This document shows, piece after piece, positions 31,583-41,833 of a stretch of DNA of 64,000 nucleotides. Under the pieces are notes generated by a model that worked only from the letters and a program-made list of their open reading frames with translations, did not search any database and was not told where the DNA came from. How positions within the stretch are numbered: the first letter of the stretch is position 1; the number at the start of each line of letters is the position of its first letter. The translations under genes and the position numbers were made by a program. The stretch is from a bacterium. Lineage in GTDB: Bacteria > SM23-31. Location: assembly GCA_965249485.1 (NCBI GenBank), contig OZ252239.1, positions 384,001 to 448,000 on the forward strand. Reading direction: 5' to 3'.

Positions 31583-31609
31583 AGGGTAGCTATTTTAGCT
31601 ACCCTTTTT
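31583..31609 (+). terminator. intrinsic terminator after csp copy 1
   Basis: AGGGTAGCTA-ttt-TAGCTACCCT-TTTT. Confidence 0.75.
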
Positions 31610-31930
31610 CATTTAATGGGTATAGTTTCTGCCCGGAATGTAAAGAAGAATTATATGGAGACTATTTAAAAATATATAGTCTGTTTCTTTTAATCGGTTG
31701 AGCCCGTCCTACTGGATTAGTGCTCGTTAGTACGTTACTCTTATCTATCAAAAGTAAATACTCTTTTAAAAATTCTGCCTTTTAACCAGTTCTCACGGCT
31801 AAATCCATTTTTTTGTTTTCAATTGGAAGATTAATTTGTTAACTTAGCACTATAATTTAAGAAAATCTATGTCATACTTTTTCAGAAAATAAATATGGGG
31901 AATATCAGTAAAATTATCTCTGGAGGTATT

Positions 31931-32863
31931 ATGAGAAGAAATTGGATCACCTTGTGTTCCGCAATCATAAGTGGTATTATCATAGTTTCTCTCGTTAATT
32001 GCGGAGGGGATTCTCAACCTAATCCCACCATGCGGAGTACGTCAAAAATTGTCTTTGAGTCAGACAGGGATAACAATCGGGAAATCTACATCATGGATAC
32101 CGATGGTTCCAATCCGCGAAGATTGACTAACAACGTCGCTTTTGATGGAGCGCCCTCATGGTCTCCTGACGGTACGAAGATTGCGTTTGTATCGAGCCGG
32201 GACGGGAATCCTGAAATTTATATTATGGATGTCGATGGTTCAAACAAGCAAAGACTGACCAATAATACTCATATTGATGGATATCCTTCGTGGTCTCCAG
32301 ACGGTACGAAAATTGCGTTTGATACGTACCGTCATGGTCTTGCCGGAGAAATCTATACAATGCATGCGGATGGATCCAATCAAACCAGATTAACCTTTAC
32401 ATCAGAAGATGAAGGATATCCCTCGTGGTCTCCTGATGGGTCCACAATCGTTTTTGATGTCGGTGGTTATGATAATTTTCCAACGGGTAAATTTGCAATC
32501 TGCGTTATTAATACGCAGGGGACTGGTCGAACAGTGATAGTTGATGATACCGGTAATTCCGGGGATTCATCTTGGTCTCCTGATGGTAATAAGATCATTT
32601 TTTCATCGGATATGGATAATCCTGAAGCAGCAAATTTTGAAATCTACATTGTCAATGCAGACGGCTCGAATCTCACCAGGCTGACCGATATGCCCGGTGC
32701 AGAAACTGACCCTGTTATGTCCCCTGATAGGTCGAAAATCGTGTTTGATACCGACATGAATGGCAACAGCGAAATCTACATTATGAATGCAGACGGTACC
32801 AGTCAAATCAGGCTAACCAATAACTCTACTTTTGACGGGATGCCATCCTGGTCACCATATTAA
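31931..32863 (+). CDS. TolB-like PD40 beta-propeller lipoprotein
   Basis: Repeated PSWSPDG.KI.F.S.R.GN.EIY.M..DGS...RLT; lipobox LVNC; GGAGG RBS before ATG 31931. Confidence 0.88.
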   Translation: MRRNWITLCSAIISGIIIVSLVNCGGDSQPNPTMRSTSKIVFESDRDNNREIYIMDTDGSNPRRLTNNVAFDGAPSWSPDGTKIAFVSSRDGNPEIYIMDVDGSNKQRLTNNTHIDGYPSWSPDGTKIAFDTYRHGLAGEIYTMHADGSNQTRLTFTSEDEGYPSWSPDGSTIVFDVGGYDNFPTGKFAICVINTQGTGRTVIVDDTGNSGDSSWSPDGNKIIFSSDMDNPEAANFEIYIVNADGSNLTRLTDMPGAETDPVMSPDRSKIVFDTDMNGNSEIYIMNADGTSQIRLTNNSTFDGMPSWSPY

Positions 32864-33210
32864 TATTTGATAGGTATAACGGAGTTGTCTGATTTTAATA
32901 CGGCTCGATCAAATATTTAAGAAGCCCTGTAGGACTCAAACTCGTTAGTACGTTACCCTTATCTATCAAAAGTAAATACTCTTTTAAAAATTCTGTCTTT
33001 TAATCGGTTCTCTCCACTATAATGACTTATTATACAAAGCGAGGGTACAGTAATTTTTATCTTCACTATATTTTCAGGGACGAATAATTTTTGTTCGTAA
33101 CGTGTATTATTATCTTGACTATAGGCTAAATTATGCGTATATCAACAATGCTAAGTTAATTAGCATACAATTTATTAGTAACATGAACAAATAGTTTAAG
33201 GAGCTGTGCA

Positions 33211-33414
33211 GTGGCAAAAGGTAAAGTAAAATGGTTTAATGACAGTAAAGGTTATGGTTTCATCACACAAGATAACGGTGAGCCAGATGTCTTTGTTCAT
33301 CATACTGTCATAGCAGGCGAAGGTTTTAAAAGCCTCAGCGAAGGTGATGAAGTTGAATTTGAAATCACAGATGGTCCCAAAGGTCCTCAGGCAAGCAACT
33401 GTGTAAGGTTGTAA
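33211..33414 (+). CDS. cold-shock protein (CspA family)
   Basis: [15 protein letters not shown] (RNP1), DVFVH (RNP2), GPKGPQA. Confidence 0.95.
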   Translation: MAKGKVKWFNDSKGYGFITQDNGEPDVFVHHTVIAGEGFKSLSEGDEVEFEITDGPKGPQASNCVRL

Positions 33415-33440
33415 GCTAAGCATTAAAACCATATGTGTTG

Positions 33441-33469
33441 AGAGGGTAGCTTTTTTTAGCTGCCTTTTT
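33441..33469 (+). terminator. intrinsic terminator after csp copy 2
   Basis: AGGGTAGCT-loop-AGCTGCCTT-TTT. Confidence 0.65.
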
Positions 33470-33917
33470 GCATTATTTAGGTATAGTATCTGCCTGGAAT
33501 GCAAAGAAGTTTTTTGGAGATTAGTTGAAAAAAATATAGTCTGTTCCTTTTAACCAGCAGGCTCCGTCCTGCTGGACTTGAACTCGTTATTACGTCCCCG
33601 GTCTATCAAAAGTAAACATTCTATTAAAAAATTTGTCTCTCAATCAGTTCTCTGCATTATTCAATATTGCTGTAACTTATTTATAAACAGTATGTTACAG
33701 CATTTTTGTATTCATGAAAATCAGCTTTATACAACGTTGGCAACATTTCGAATATCTCTTTCACTTCAAAATATTGACATTCCTTTTGAGTTTACGTGCG
33801 ATATACGTAAATTTTATTCTGCTAATAATTCATCGAGCACGTACTTTCAACATTACTGATCCTGTCCTCAGGCCGTATAATTTGCAACACTTTTAGCTTG
33901 AGCAACAACCATGCATT

Positions 33918-34739
33918 TTATGGATATGACTGAATTGTCAACTTCATACCCGTGTATCTTCCATCAGGTGCTACGGCCGGCAATTTATATTCCGGATTGG
34001 TGAAAATAGCATAAACAGCTCGGTCATGTTCCTTCAATTTTTCTCTTGTATTTAATTTCCACTCGCGGCCAATCTGATCTAAACGTCCGGGATAATCCTG
34101 TGCTCCAAAGAAAGATGTAAACGCCCAGTAAATATATTCTGAATTCTGGCAATCGTAATCGCATGTTTCATCATCATACGAATACCAAGCACCTTCAGGA
34201 TACTCTCCCGGCGGATCCATAAAACGCCCTCCTCTCGCCAAATCCACTGCATTTGCGATCTCGGTGCCGGGTACTCTGCCGAACACGTCAGGATATGCAC
34301 CCCCCCATCCGTAGTCTGATACCATGTGCAAGATTTCTTCCAACGCACCATCGAAATTGCCTTCCTCTTTTGCGTTTGGTCGGGTTTCCTCGCCATAGAG
34401 ACCCTGGCCTCTTGGACGTGACTCCCTGGGAATGTTCCTTCTCTCACCTTGCGTCTTCGTCATAGTTATAGCGCCATTCTCCCTCAGCAGAGCTTCGATG
34501 ATCTTCGGATTATCAGGTTCTCCATCTTCATCGTTATCAATATATTGGGCCAATACGCCTGCTGCATGGAGCAGTTTTTCGTTTCCTGTAGTATTCGTTG
34601 CATAAATAGGCACCCCAAAGACATCCACCATCTTTGTGAATGCTACTTCAACCTCTGCATCCTGTGCAGACTCATTAGAACAATTGATAGTCAGGACTAA
34701 CGCACATATAAGTGTTGAAACATAAACCATTCGTAACAC
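33918..34739 (-). CDS. exported hypothetical protein with a zincin-like EEILH motif
   Basis: Lipobox-like TINC; EEILH (HEXXH variant) with downstream EYIYWA and KLKEHD; start uncertain. Confidence 0.55.
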   Translation of the reverse strand: MLRMVYVSTLICALVLTINCSNESAQDAEVEVAFTKMVDVFGVPIYATNTTGNEKLLHAAGVLAQYIDNDEDGEPDNPKIIEALLRENGAITMTKTQGERRNIPRESRPRGQGLYGEETRPNAKEEGNFDGALEEILHMVSDYGWGGAYPDVFGRVPGTEIANAVDLARGGRFMDPPGEYPEGAWYSYDDETCDYDCQNSEYIYWAFTSFFGAQDYPGRLDQIGREWKLNTREKLKEHDRAVYAIFTNPEYKLPAVAPDGRYTGMKLTIQSYP

Positions 34740-34885
34740 GATGTCTTCTCCTCTGTATTTATTTCACTTTTACATAATAGCATATAAATAAGTGACTATT
34801 ACAAAAATAATTTCTTCTTACGTGGTGTTATTCCTACATGTGACCCTGAAACGATGGAAACATTTCCTTCTTTTAGAATTGAGAT

Positions 34886-36268
34886 TCAACGAATCAGTAA
34901 AATTTCATCATTGGGCGGCTCCATCCATTCAACGCCCTGGCTGGTTACAACCTGAATATTCGAAAAATTAATGGACATCGGATAACCCGGTCTTTCGGGA
35001 AGTTTCGTATGCACTGCATATTCAAACGCAAAAATATGGTTTTCCGGAATCACCAGATGCCACCGGTTTCGCCGAAAATCAGATATCGAAGGTCCGATAC
35101 GGTTCAATATGTCGTGCGTGCCATGATTATAGTTATTGCCGATTGCGTGCAGATCGAGATAAAATCCCGACTTGTCGGTATTCGCGAGCGCACTCTGTAA
35201 CGTTTTATAATCTTCCGTGCCGATATCCTGAAACGGTGTATAGATATAACCTTCCTTTTCCAAGTCCGAGACAATAGCTTCCAAACACTTTCCGGCAATC
35301 ATACCGACTTTTATATTTCTCCGCATAATTACCTGTGCTTTTTTCCCCTGGTCCCAGGCATATTGTATACTCTCCGGAACACTTGTTTCACCCTCTCTCA
35401 GAATATATGCGTGAATTTTTGTATCGGTCTCAAAGTCCATATAACTGCCCCATTCTCTATCACCACCGGTACCGCCGGTAAAAAAATCACCGCGCTGAAA
35501 AACATATTCCGGATCATTAATCCAGAACCGAGCATCGGGCGGAGCAGTACGTTTGGACTTCGCTGAAAAGTAAATCCGGCCGCCAACATCCTTTATCCGT
35601 GTTACACCTGGCACGATAGTGGCTAAATTCTGCAGCGTGCGCTGTCGCCACAATGCCAGTACCTCGGTATGGGCGGCAACTTCCCTGTTAGTCCTCCTTG
35701 TCAGAAAATCGGAAATGACATTCTCCGCAGATACAATCCTATCGGAATATTTTGGCCCAATAATTTCCTGCAATTTTAAATAATCGGTATATGAAATCCC
35801 GTCGGCGGTGGAAATCCACGAGGAATAATTAACCGCAATCGTTCTCGGATCACGCTCGGCAACAAATTCTGTTAGTTCATCAAAAATCCCGGGTTCATGG
35901 TCATATCCGGCAATTGCCCGTGTAATTTCGAGTGAACCCCGCACGTCAACATTTTCAACAGCTCTCGCATCACCAAAAATAGCCCGCTCGATCCTGTCAC
36001 CAAGATCGGTAAAGATCAGATAACCAGAGGTGTATCCAAACTGTTGCCACATTGGATCGGGATTTCCGGACCGGGTAACGTGAATCCACATATCCACACC
36101 ATTGTCGCGCATGGCTCCCGGCAGAATCAGGTCAAGTTTGTCAATTCTCATCAGACGCATGGCTTCCGCATCGGTATCTGGTGTGCGTTGCGGTAACGGT
36201 TGTTGAGCATTGGTAACAGGTACTGCAAACATCACAGAAATTAAAAGTATCAGTATTCGTGGTATCAT
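34886..36268 (-). CDS. exported M24 (pita-bread fold) peptidase-like protein, paralog 1
   Basis: Signal peptide; LPGAMRDNGVDMWI, ERDP.TIAVN.S...ADGIS, DTKIHAYILREGET, LHAIG, FEY. Confidence 0.75.
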   Translation of the reverse strand: MIPRILILLISVMFAVPVTNAQQPLPQRTPDTDAEAMRLMRIDKLDLILPGAMRDNGVDMWIHVTRSGNPDPMWQQFGYTSGYLIFTDLGDRIERAIFGDARAVENVDVRGSLEITRAIAGYDHEPGIFDELTEFVAERDPRTIAVNYSSWISTADGISYTDYLKLQEIIGPKYSDRIVSAENVISDFLTRRTNREVAAHTEVLALWRQRTLQNLATIVPGVTRIKDVGGRIYFSAKSKRTAPPDARFWINDPEYVFQRGDFFTGGTGGDREWGSYMDFETDTKIHAYILREGETSVPESIQYAWDQGKKAQVIMRRNIKVGMIAGKCLEAIVSDLEKEGYIYTPFQDIGTEDYKTLQSALANTDKSGFYLDLHAIGNNYNHGTHDILNRIGPSISDFRRNRWHLVIPENHIFAFEYAVHTKLPERPGYPMSINFSNIQVVTSQGVEWMEPPNDEILLIR

Positions 36269-36370
36269 AACATCCTCCTTTATAAAATAACGGTGGCTTA
36301 TTGTTACTAAATATTTAGTAATAGTTTTAATTATGGATAGTCAATGCAATTATTTGTTTTCTCTTAAGAG

Positions 36371-37756
36371 TTAACGGATCAGTATAATTTCCTCATTTGG
36401 CGACTGAATAAATTCAACTCCTCTGCTGGTTACGATTTGAGGATTTGAAATATTGAAAGCGAGTGGATAACCAGGCCGTTCAGCAATATTCATATGAACC
36501 ATATATTCAAAAGCAAATATATGATTCTCTTGAATTTTTAAATGATGAGATGTTGATCGAAACGCTGCCATTGAGGGCCCGACTTCGCGAAAATTGCCAA
36601 ACGTATGATTATCAATGGAAAATCCAGCAACATCAGTTCCTTTTCCAGCGAGTTCCCTCTGGATCATTATATAATCTTCAGGACCTATGTCTCTAAAAGG
36701 TGTATAAATATAGCCTTCATCTTCCATAAGTTTGACCATAATATCCAATGATTCCTTAGCAGTCATACCGACTTTCATACCTTCGCGCAAAATCCATTGG
36801 CCCGCTATCGCTTTATCAAAAACCTTTTGTATAAAATTGGGGACTTTTGTTTCCCCTTCTCTCAAAATATAACAATGAATTTTCGTGTCTACTCCAAAAC
36901 CCATATAGTCACCCTCAGGAGCACCTTCGCCGCCGACAAATAAGTCTCCTCGTTGTAAAACATAGTCAGGATTCGGAATGAAAAACCGAACATCAGGTGG
37001 AAAGTCTTTTACTGTTTCTTCAGGTTTGCTTGTTGCTGAATAGTAAACCCGGACACCTTCGTTCACTCTACCACCGGCTTCCCATATCGTTGTTACACCC
37101 GGTACGATTTTGGATATTAATTCTAATGCTCTCTGGCGAGTCATTGCTAATACTTCGACCTGTGCGGCAACTTCACGAGCTGTCCTTCTTACTATGAAAT
37201 CTGTAATGACGTTCTCTGCAGACACAATTCTATCGGAATATTTTGGCCCCAATATTTTTTCCAATTTCTGATATTGGGTATGCGAAATCCCGTCGGCTAC
37301 GGGAAGCCATTCGGAAAAATTAACTGCAATCGTTTTTGGATCACGTTCAGCAACAAATTCTGTCAATTCATCGTAGACATTTAGTTTATGATCATAGCCT
37401 GCGACAGCCAGTCCAAACTCAAGAGAGCCTCGTATATCAATATTTTCAACAGCTCCTGCGCTACCGAAAATAGCCCGCTCGATCCTGTCCCCCAGGTCTG
37501 TAAAAATCAAAAATCCTGAAGTTTTTCCAAATTGCAGAGCCATTGGGTCCCAACCTTCTCGACTAACCTGGATCCACATGTCCACCTTGTTGTCGCGCAT
37601 GGCTCCCGGAAGAATTAAGTCAAGTTTTTCATTTCTCATCAGACGAATAGCTTCAGCTTCCGTTTCCGGTGTACGCCGCGGCAGCGGTTGTTGAGCATTG
37701 GTAACTGGTATTGCAAACATCACAGATATCAAAAATACCATTACTCGAGGTATCAT
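36371..37756 (-). CDS. exported M24 peptidase-like protein, paralog 2
   Basis: Same motifs and high similarity to its neighbours. Confidence 0.75.
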   Translation of the reverse strand: MIPRVMVFLISVMFAIPVTNAQQPLPRRTPETEAEAIRLMRNEKLDLILPGAMRDNKVDMWIQVSREGWDPMALQFGKTSGFLIFTDLGDRIERAIFGSAGAVENIDIRGSLEFGLAVAGYDHKLNVYDELTEFVAERDPKTIAVNFSEWLPVADGISHTQYQKLEKILGPKYSDRIVSAENVITDFIVRRTAREVAAQVEVLAMTRQRALELISKIVPGVTTIWEAGGRVNEGVRVYYSATSKPEETVKDFPPDVRFFIPNPDYVLQRGDLFVGGEGAPEGDYMGFGVDTKIHCYILREGETKVPNFIQKVFDKAIAGQWILREGMKVGMTAKESLDIMVKLMEDEGYIYTPFRDIGPEDYIMIQRELAGKGTDVAGFSIDNHTFGNFREVGPSMAAFRSTSHHLKIQENHIFAFEYMVHMNIAERPGYPLAFNISNPQIVTSRGVEFIQSPNEEIILIR

Positions 37757-37856
37757 AATGTACTCCTATATAAAATAACCACGGCTAACTATTACTGTTA
37801 AAGGTTAAATGTTCCGAGCGAGACTGGCCTTTGTAATTTTGATTTTCGTTTAAGAT

Positions 37857-39254
37857 TTAATGGATTAGTACTATTTCATCATTTGGAGGCTGAATCCATT
37901 CAACACCCCGGTTGGTCACTACTTGAATATTTGAAAAATTAATAGCAATCGGGAAGCCAGGTCTTTCAGGAATGTTAGTATGGACAGCATATTCAAATGC
38001 AAATATGTGATTCTGCTGGATCTTCAAGTGAAATGTGTCTGGCCGAAATGCGGCCATAGAGGGACCGGCCTCATTCAAGTCACTGGGATTATTACCTATA
38101 CTGTGAAGATCAATGTAAAAACTTGACTTATCAGTATGAGCAAGTGCTGTCTGTATAATCTTATAGTCTTCTATACCAATGTCAGGAAGTTCTACATATA
38201 TATAACCCGCCTCTTCCATAGCTTTGACCATAGCACCCAAAGATTCTCCACCGGTCATACCTACTTTTACATGCGGCCGAATGATTCCCTGGGCTTTTTT
38301 TCCCTGATCCCAGGCATACCGTATACTCTCAGGAACACGTGTTTCTCCTTCTCTCAAAATATATGCATGAATTTGAGTATCAACCCCAAAGCCCATATAG
38401 CTATACCCAACACTATAAGCAAAAAAGTCACCGCGCTGGAGAACGTATTCAGAGTCGTAAATCCACCACCTGTGATCTGGTGGAGCAGTTCGTTTGGATT
38501 GTGCTGAATAGTAAATCCGTACCCCACCCTTGAGATTGTCCTTACGGATATCCTTTGATGCTGTTACACCTGGCACAATAGTAGATAATGTTTCTAATGC
38601 GATCTGGCGAGCCATTGCCAGAGTATGGGTCTGTGCGGACACTTCTCCGCTTGTCCTTCTAGCAATGAAATCGTTAATAACATATTCTGCTGACACAATT
38701 TTATCGGAATATTTTGGCCCTATAATCTTTTTCAATTTCACATATTGGGTATGTGAAATCCCATCTGCTACCGGGTACCAATCGGAATAATTTACAGCAA
38801 TGGTTTCTGGATCGCGTTCAGCAACAAATTCTCTTATTTCGTCGTAGACATCGGGAATCGTAAAATTCTGCCTGGGGTCCAGATTGTTATAATTATATCC
38901 GGAAAAAGCTAGAGCGACATTCTGAGAACCTTGTACATCAATATTCTCAACAGCTCCTGCGTCACCAAACACAGTTCGCTCAATCCTGTCTCCTATGTCC
39001 GTAAAGATCAAATAACCGGAGGTCTTTCCAAATTGTTGAGCTAATGGATCAGGATCTCCGGGACGAGTGACGTGAATCCACATATCCACATTATTGTCAC
39101 GCATGGCTCCAGGCAGGATCAGGTCGATTTTTTCGTTTCTTATCAGGCGAAGAACTTCCGCATCGGACTCTGGTGTAAATCCTTCTGACTGCGCATTTGC
39201 GTTAGATACGGTGAATATTACTGATATTAAAAGCATTATTACTCGAGCGGTCAT
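37857..39254 (-). CDS. exported M24 peptidase-like protein, paralog 3
   Basis: Same motifs and high similarity to its neighbours. Confidence 0.75.
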   Translation of the reverse strand: MTARVIMLLISVIFTVSNANAQSEGFTPESDAEVLRLIRNEKIDLILPGAMRDNNVDMWIHVTRPGDPDPLAQQFGKTSGYLIFTDIGDRIERTVFGDAGAVENIDVQGSQNVALAFSGYNYNNLDPRQNFTIPDVYDEIREFVAERDPETIAVNYSDWYPVADGISHTQYVKLKKIIGPKYSDKIVSAEYVINDFIARRTSGEVSAQTHTLAMARQIALETLSTIVPGVTASKDIRKDNLKGGVRIYYSAQSKRTAPPDHRWWIYDSEYVLQRGDFFAYSVGYSYMGFGVDTQIHAYILREGETRVPESIRYAWDQGKKAQGIIRPHVKVGMTGGESLGAMVKAMEEAGYIYVELPDIGIEDYKIIQTALAHTDKSSFYIDLHSIGNNPSDLNEAGPSMAAFRPDTFHLKIQQNHIFAFEYAVHTNIPERPGFPIAINFSNIQVVTNRGVEWIQPPNDEIVLIH

Positions 39255-39674
39255 AACATCTCCATATTCAATTAATGGTGGCTTTTTTGCTATTTATTTT
39301 CGAATTGCTATATGTGCGGTCGGACTTTATAACATCATGAATCTTGCAACGGATTGATTATAAATCTTAAACAACATTGGAGTGTGTTATAAGAACATTT
39401 GTGGCACTCTTATTGAGATAATAAGGTATGCAGTTAACTTTTACAAGTGAATTCTACCACCATATAAAAAGAATAGTTAACGGCATCGGTTTCAACCAAC
39501 CAAATGTTATACCCTCTATTTTTGTGGTGTTTTCTGTTTCCCCAAACGGTTTAAACACTGGATATACCCGCTCTTTAATTTCCGTGTTTTTTCTATGATA
39601 TTACTAGAGTGTTTTTTATATTGATTGGAAATAATTTGTGAAAGCCCATTTAATTTCTCTAACCAAAAATCCGG

Positions 39675-40922
39675 GTGTTTCTCATGGCGAAGAAAGATCA
39701 AAACAAAAAACAAACTGCCGAATCTTTGCTCCATATAGACCTGCCGTCCGTTGCGTCTGAGCGGATGCACAGACTACCACCCTATCTCTTCAGCAAAATA
39801 AATGCACTGAAAAACAAACTGCGCAGCGAAGGTGTCGACTTAATCGATCTGGCAATGGGAAATCCGAATGATCCGACACCGCAGCTCGTGGTTGATAAAC
39901 TCTCTGAAGCTGCGGGTATAAAGACGAATCAGCGCTACTCTGTCTCGAAAGGGATCATCAACCTGCGAAAAGAGCTGGCAAAATTTTACGAAAAACACTG
40001 GGATGTAAGTCTCGATCCGGAAAATGAAGTTATCGCAACCATCGGTTCCAAAGAGGGTTTCAGCCATTTATGCCTCGGTATTCTGGGACCTGGTGATGTG
40101 GCATTGACACCTGCCCCATATTTTCCTATTCATGTTTACTGTCCTGTTATAGCGGGTGTAAATGTGATCAGTGTGGAAATGAACGACGGGAACGAAGCGC
40201 TGCTCAGAAATATCGACCATATGTGCCGGACGGTATCACCAAGACCGAAAGTTCTGACTTTGAATTTTCCTCACAATCCGACAGCACAAACAGTTGAACT
40301 CGAATTTTTTGAAGAGATTGTGAAATTAGCCAATAAATACAGCTTTTATGTTATTCAGGATTTTGCCTACGGTCTGACAACATTCGACGGATACCACGCT
40401 CCCAGTTTTCTCCAGGCGAAAGGTGCAAAAGATGTGGGTGTCGAGTCGATCACCATGTCAAAGGGGTATAACATGGCCGGCTGGCGCATCGGATTTGTTG
40501 TCGGAAATTCCGATATGATCAAAGTGCTCGCAAGTATTAAGGGGTATTATGACTACGGTATTTTTCAGGCAATTCAGATTGCGACGGTAATCGCTCTGCG
40601 CCACTGTGAGGAAGACATGAAGCGTCAGGCTGTTGTATATGCGAAGCGGCGAGACTGTCTTATTGACGGACTCAATAATGCCGGATGGCTCATTGAAAAA
40701 CCGAGAGCAACCATGTTTGTATGGGCACAGATTCCTGAACCGTACCGGGAGCTGGGATCTGTCAAATTCACCGCCGATTGTATCGAAAAAGCCGAGGTCG
40801 CTGTCGCTCCGGGACTCGGATTCGGTGAAGAAGGTGAAGGGTATCTCCGCATTGCAGTTGTGGAGAACGAAGAACGGTTGCGGCAGGCTGTCCGCCAGAT
40901 CAAACGTGCTTTCCCAGTTTAA
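39675..40922 (+). CDS. class I/II aminotransferase (AlaC / LL-DAP aminotransferase-like)
   Basis: LPPYLF, MGNPN, TIGSKEG, NFPHNPT, DFAY, SKGYNMAGWRIG, PG.GFG..GEGY.R; likely ATG start at 39683. Confidence 0.88.
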   Translation: MFLMAKKDQNKKQTAESLLHIDLPSVASERMHRLPPYLFSKINALKNKLRSEGVDLIDLAMGNPNDPTPQLVVDKLSEAAGIKTNQRYSVSKGIINLRKELAKFYEKHWDVSLDPENEVIATIGSKEGFSHLCLGILGPGDVALTPAPYFPIHVYCPVIAGVNVISVEMNDGNEALLRNIDHMCRTVSPRPKVLTLNFPHNPTAQTVELEFFEEIVKLANKYSFYVIQDFAYGLTTFDGYHAPSFLQAKGAKDVGVESITMSKGYNMAGWRIGFVVGNSDMIKVLASIKGYYDYGIFQAIQIATVIALRHCEEDMKRQAVVYAKRRDCLIDGLNNAGWLIEKPRATMFVWAQIPEPYRELGSVKFTADCIEKAEVAVAPGLGFGEEGEGYLRIAVVENEERLRQAVRQIKRAFPV

Positions 40923-40986
40923 CTCTTTAATCTCCCTAATTGCATTGAATATTCCATATAATCAAATATATATTATGGTAATATAA

Positions 40987-41064
40987 ATGGGATATGGTTC
41001 CAATATGAATCCTCGTCAGATGAAAAAAAGAGCGGTGTTTTTTACACATAGAGAACAATGTTGA
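40987..41064 (+). pseudogene. N-terminal fragment of a gamma-glutamylcyclotransferase-like gene
   Basis: MGYGSNMNPRQMKKR... contains the YGSNM family motif, then stops. Confidence 0.45.
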
Positions 41065-41155
41065 ATGCGACATCTTGTGTTTCTGGTTTTTTCTCATTAT
41101 ATTGGGTAGCTCATTTAATTAATATGATTTTTACCACACAGTTTGGAAAAAAATT

Positions 41156-41596
41156 ATGAATATTGTACTGCCAATACTTTTTGCCTTTATTGCCGCTATA
41201 GGCAATGCATTCTTTGCAATCGGAAACAAGAAAACCGAGGGATTAGATAATCCATTTGTATTTGTCGCTATATGTACCGTTGCTGCCGTTATTCTTTCGT
41301 TTGCAGCAATGCCGCTCTTCGGGCAGAGCAATTATGTAGCCGCATTTAAGAATCACTGGGGCTGGGCTGCATTCAGTGGTCTGGGATTATTTCTAACCAA
41401 TGTCGGTTTCAATCTTTTGTACACCAAATATGGTGCCGGTTTTTATGTGCTCTATGCGGCTATGGCAATCATCACTACAGCACTCATAGTTGGACTTGCA
41501 ATATTCAAAGAAACGTATAATTTCTATCATTGGGCAGCATTTGCCAGTGCACTCGTTGCTATCATCCTCTTTTCGCTAGGTCAAAGTAGGGCTTGA
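41156..41596 (+). CDS. small DMT/EamA-like membrane transporter
   Basis: 146 aa, about 5 TM helices, Gly/Ala-rich, C-terminal FKE. Confidence 0.7.
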   Translation: MNIVLPILFAFIAAIGNAFFAIGNKKTEGLDNPFVFVAICTVAAVILSFAAMPLFGQSNYVAAFKNHWGWAAFSGLGLFLTNVGFNLLYTKYGAGFYVLYAAMAIITTALIVGLAIFKETYNFYHWAAFASALVAIILFSLGQSRA

Positions 41597-41833
41597 TTCA
41601 CTGTTTCAATGCAATTTCTATTACTTTTTTTGATGTAAATGTTTCATCGTAAAGTAATACCAAATAACGGAGAAATAATCATCACATCACATTTGCCATT
41701 AGATTATCAACAAAACATATTCGCTTTTTTTAGTTTACGTCACTGCAATCAGGTGAATTTGTGATTGACTTTTTATATAATAAGCTTAGATTGCAATACT
41801 TTATGGCACGAAATTATAAATCGAGAATAAGGT

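Larger units (their letters stand above)
31083..33660 (+). repeat. four related ~90-bp elements and a duplicated ~700-bp csp unit
   Basis: Elements at ~31083-31160, ~31713-31794, ~32932-33020 and ~33574-33655. 31723-31794 vs 32941-33012 differ at 4 of 72 nt. Promoter, csp and terminator are all duplicated. Confidence 0.85.

Noticed and set aside
31083..33660. CRISPR array or integron attC array
   Set aside because: Units are ~90 bp, diverged and separated by 0.6-1.2 kb; no cas or intI gene and no clear attC inverted core was seen.
29707..33896. Short ORFs in AT-rich intergenic DNA (29707-29916, 33578-33859, 33714-33896)
   Set aside because: No convincing RBS or motifs; composition matches non-coding AT-rich sequence, and one overlaps a repeat element.
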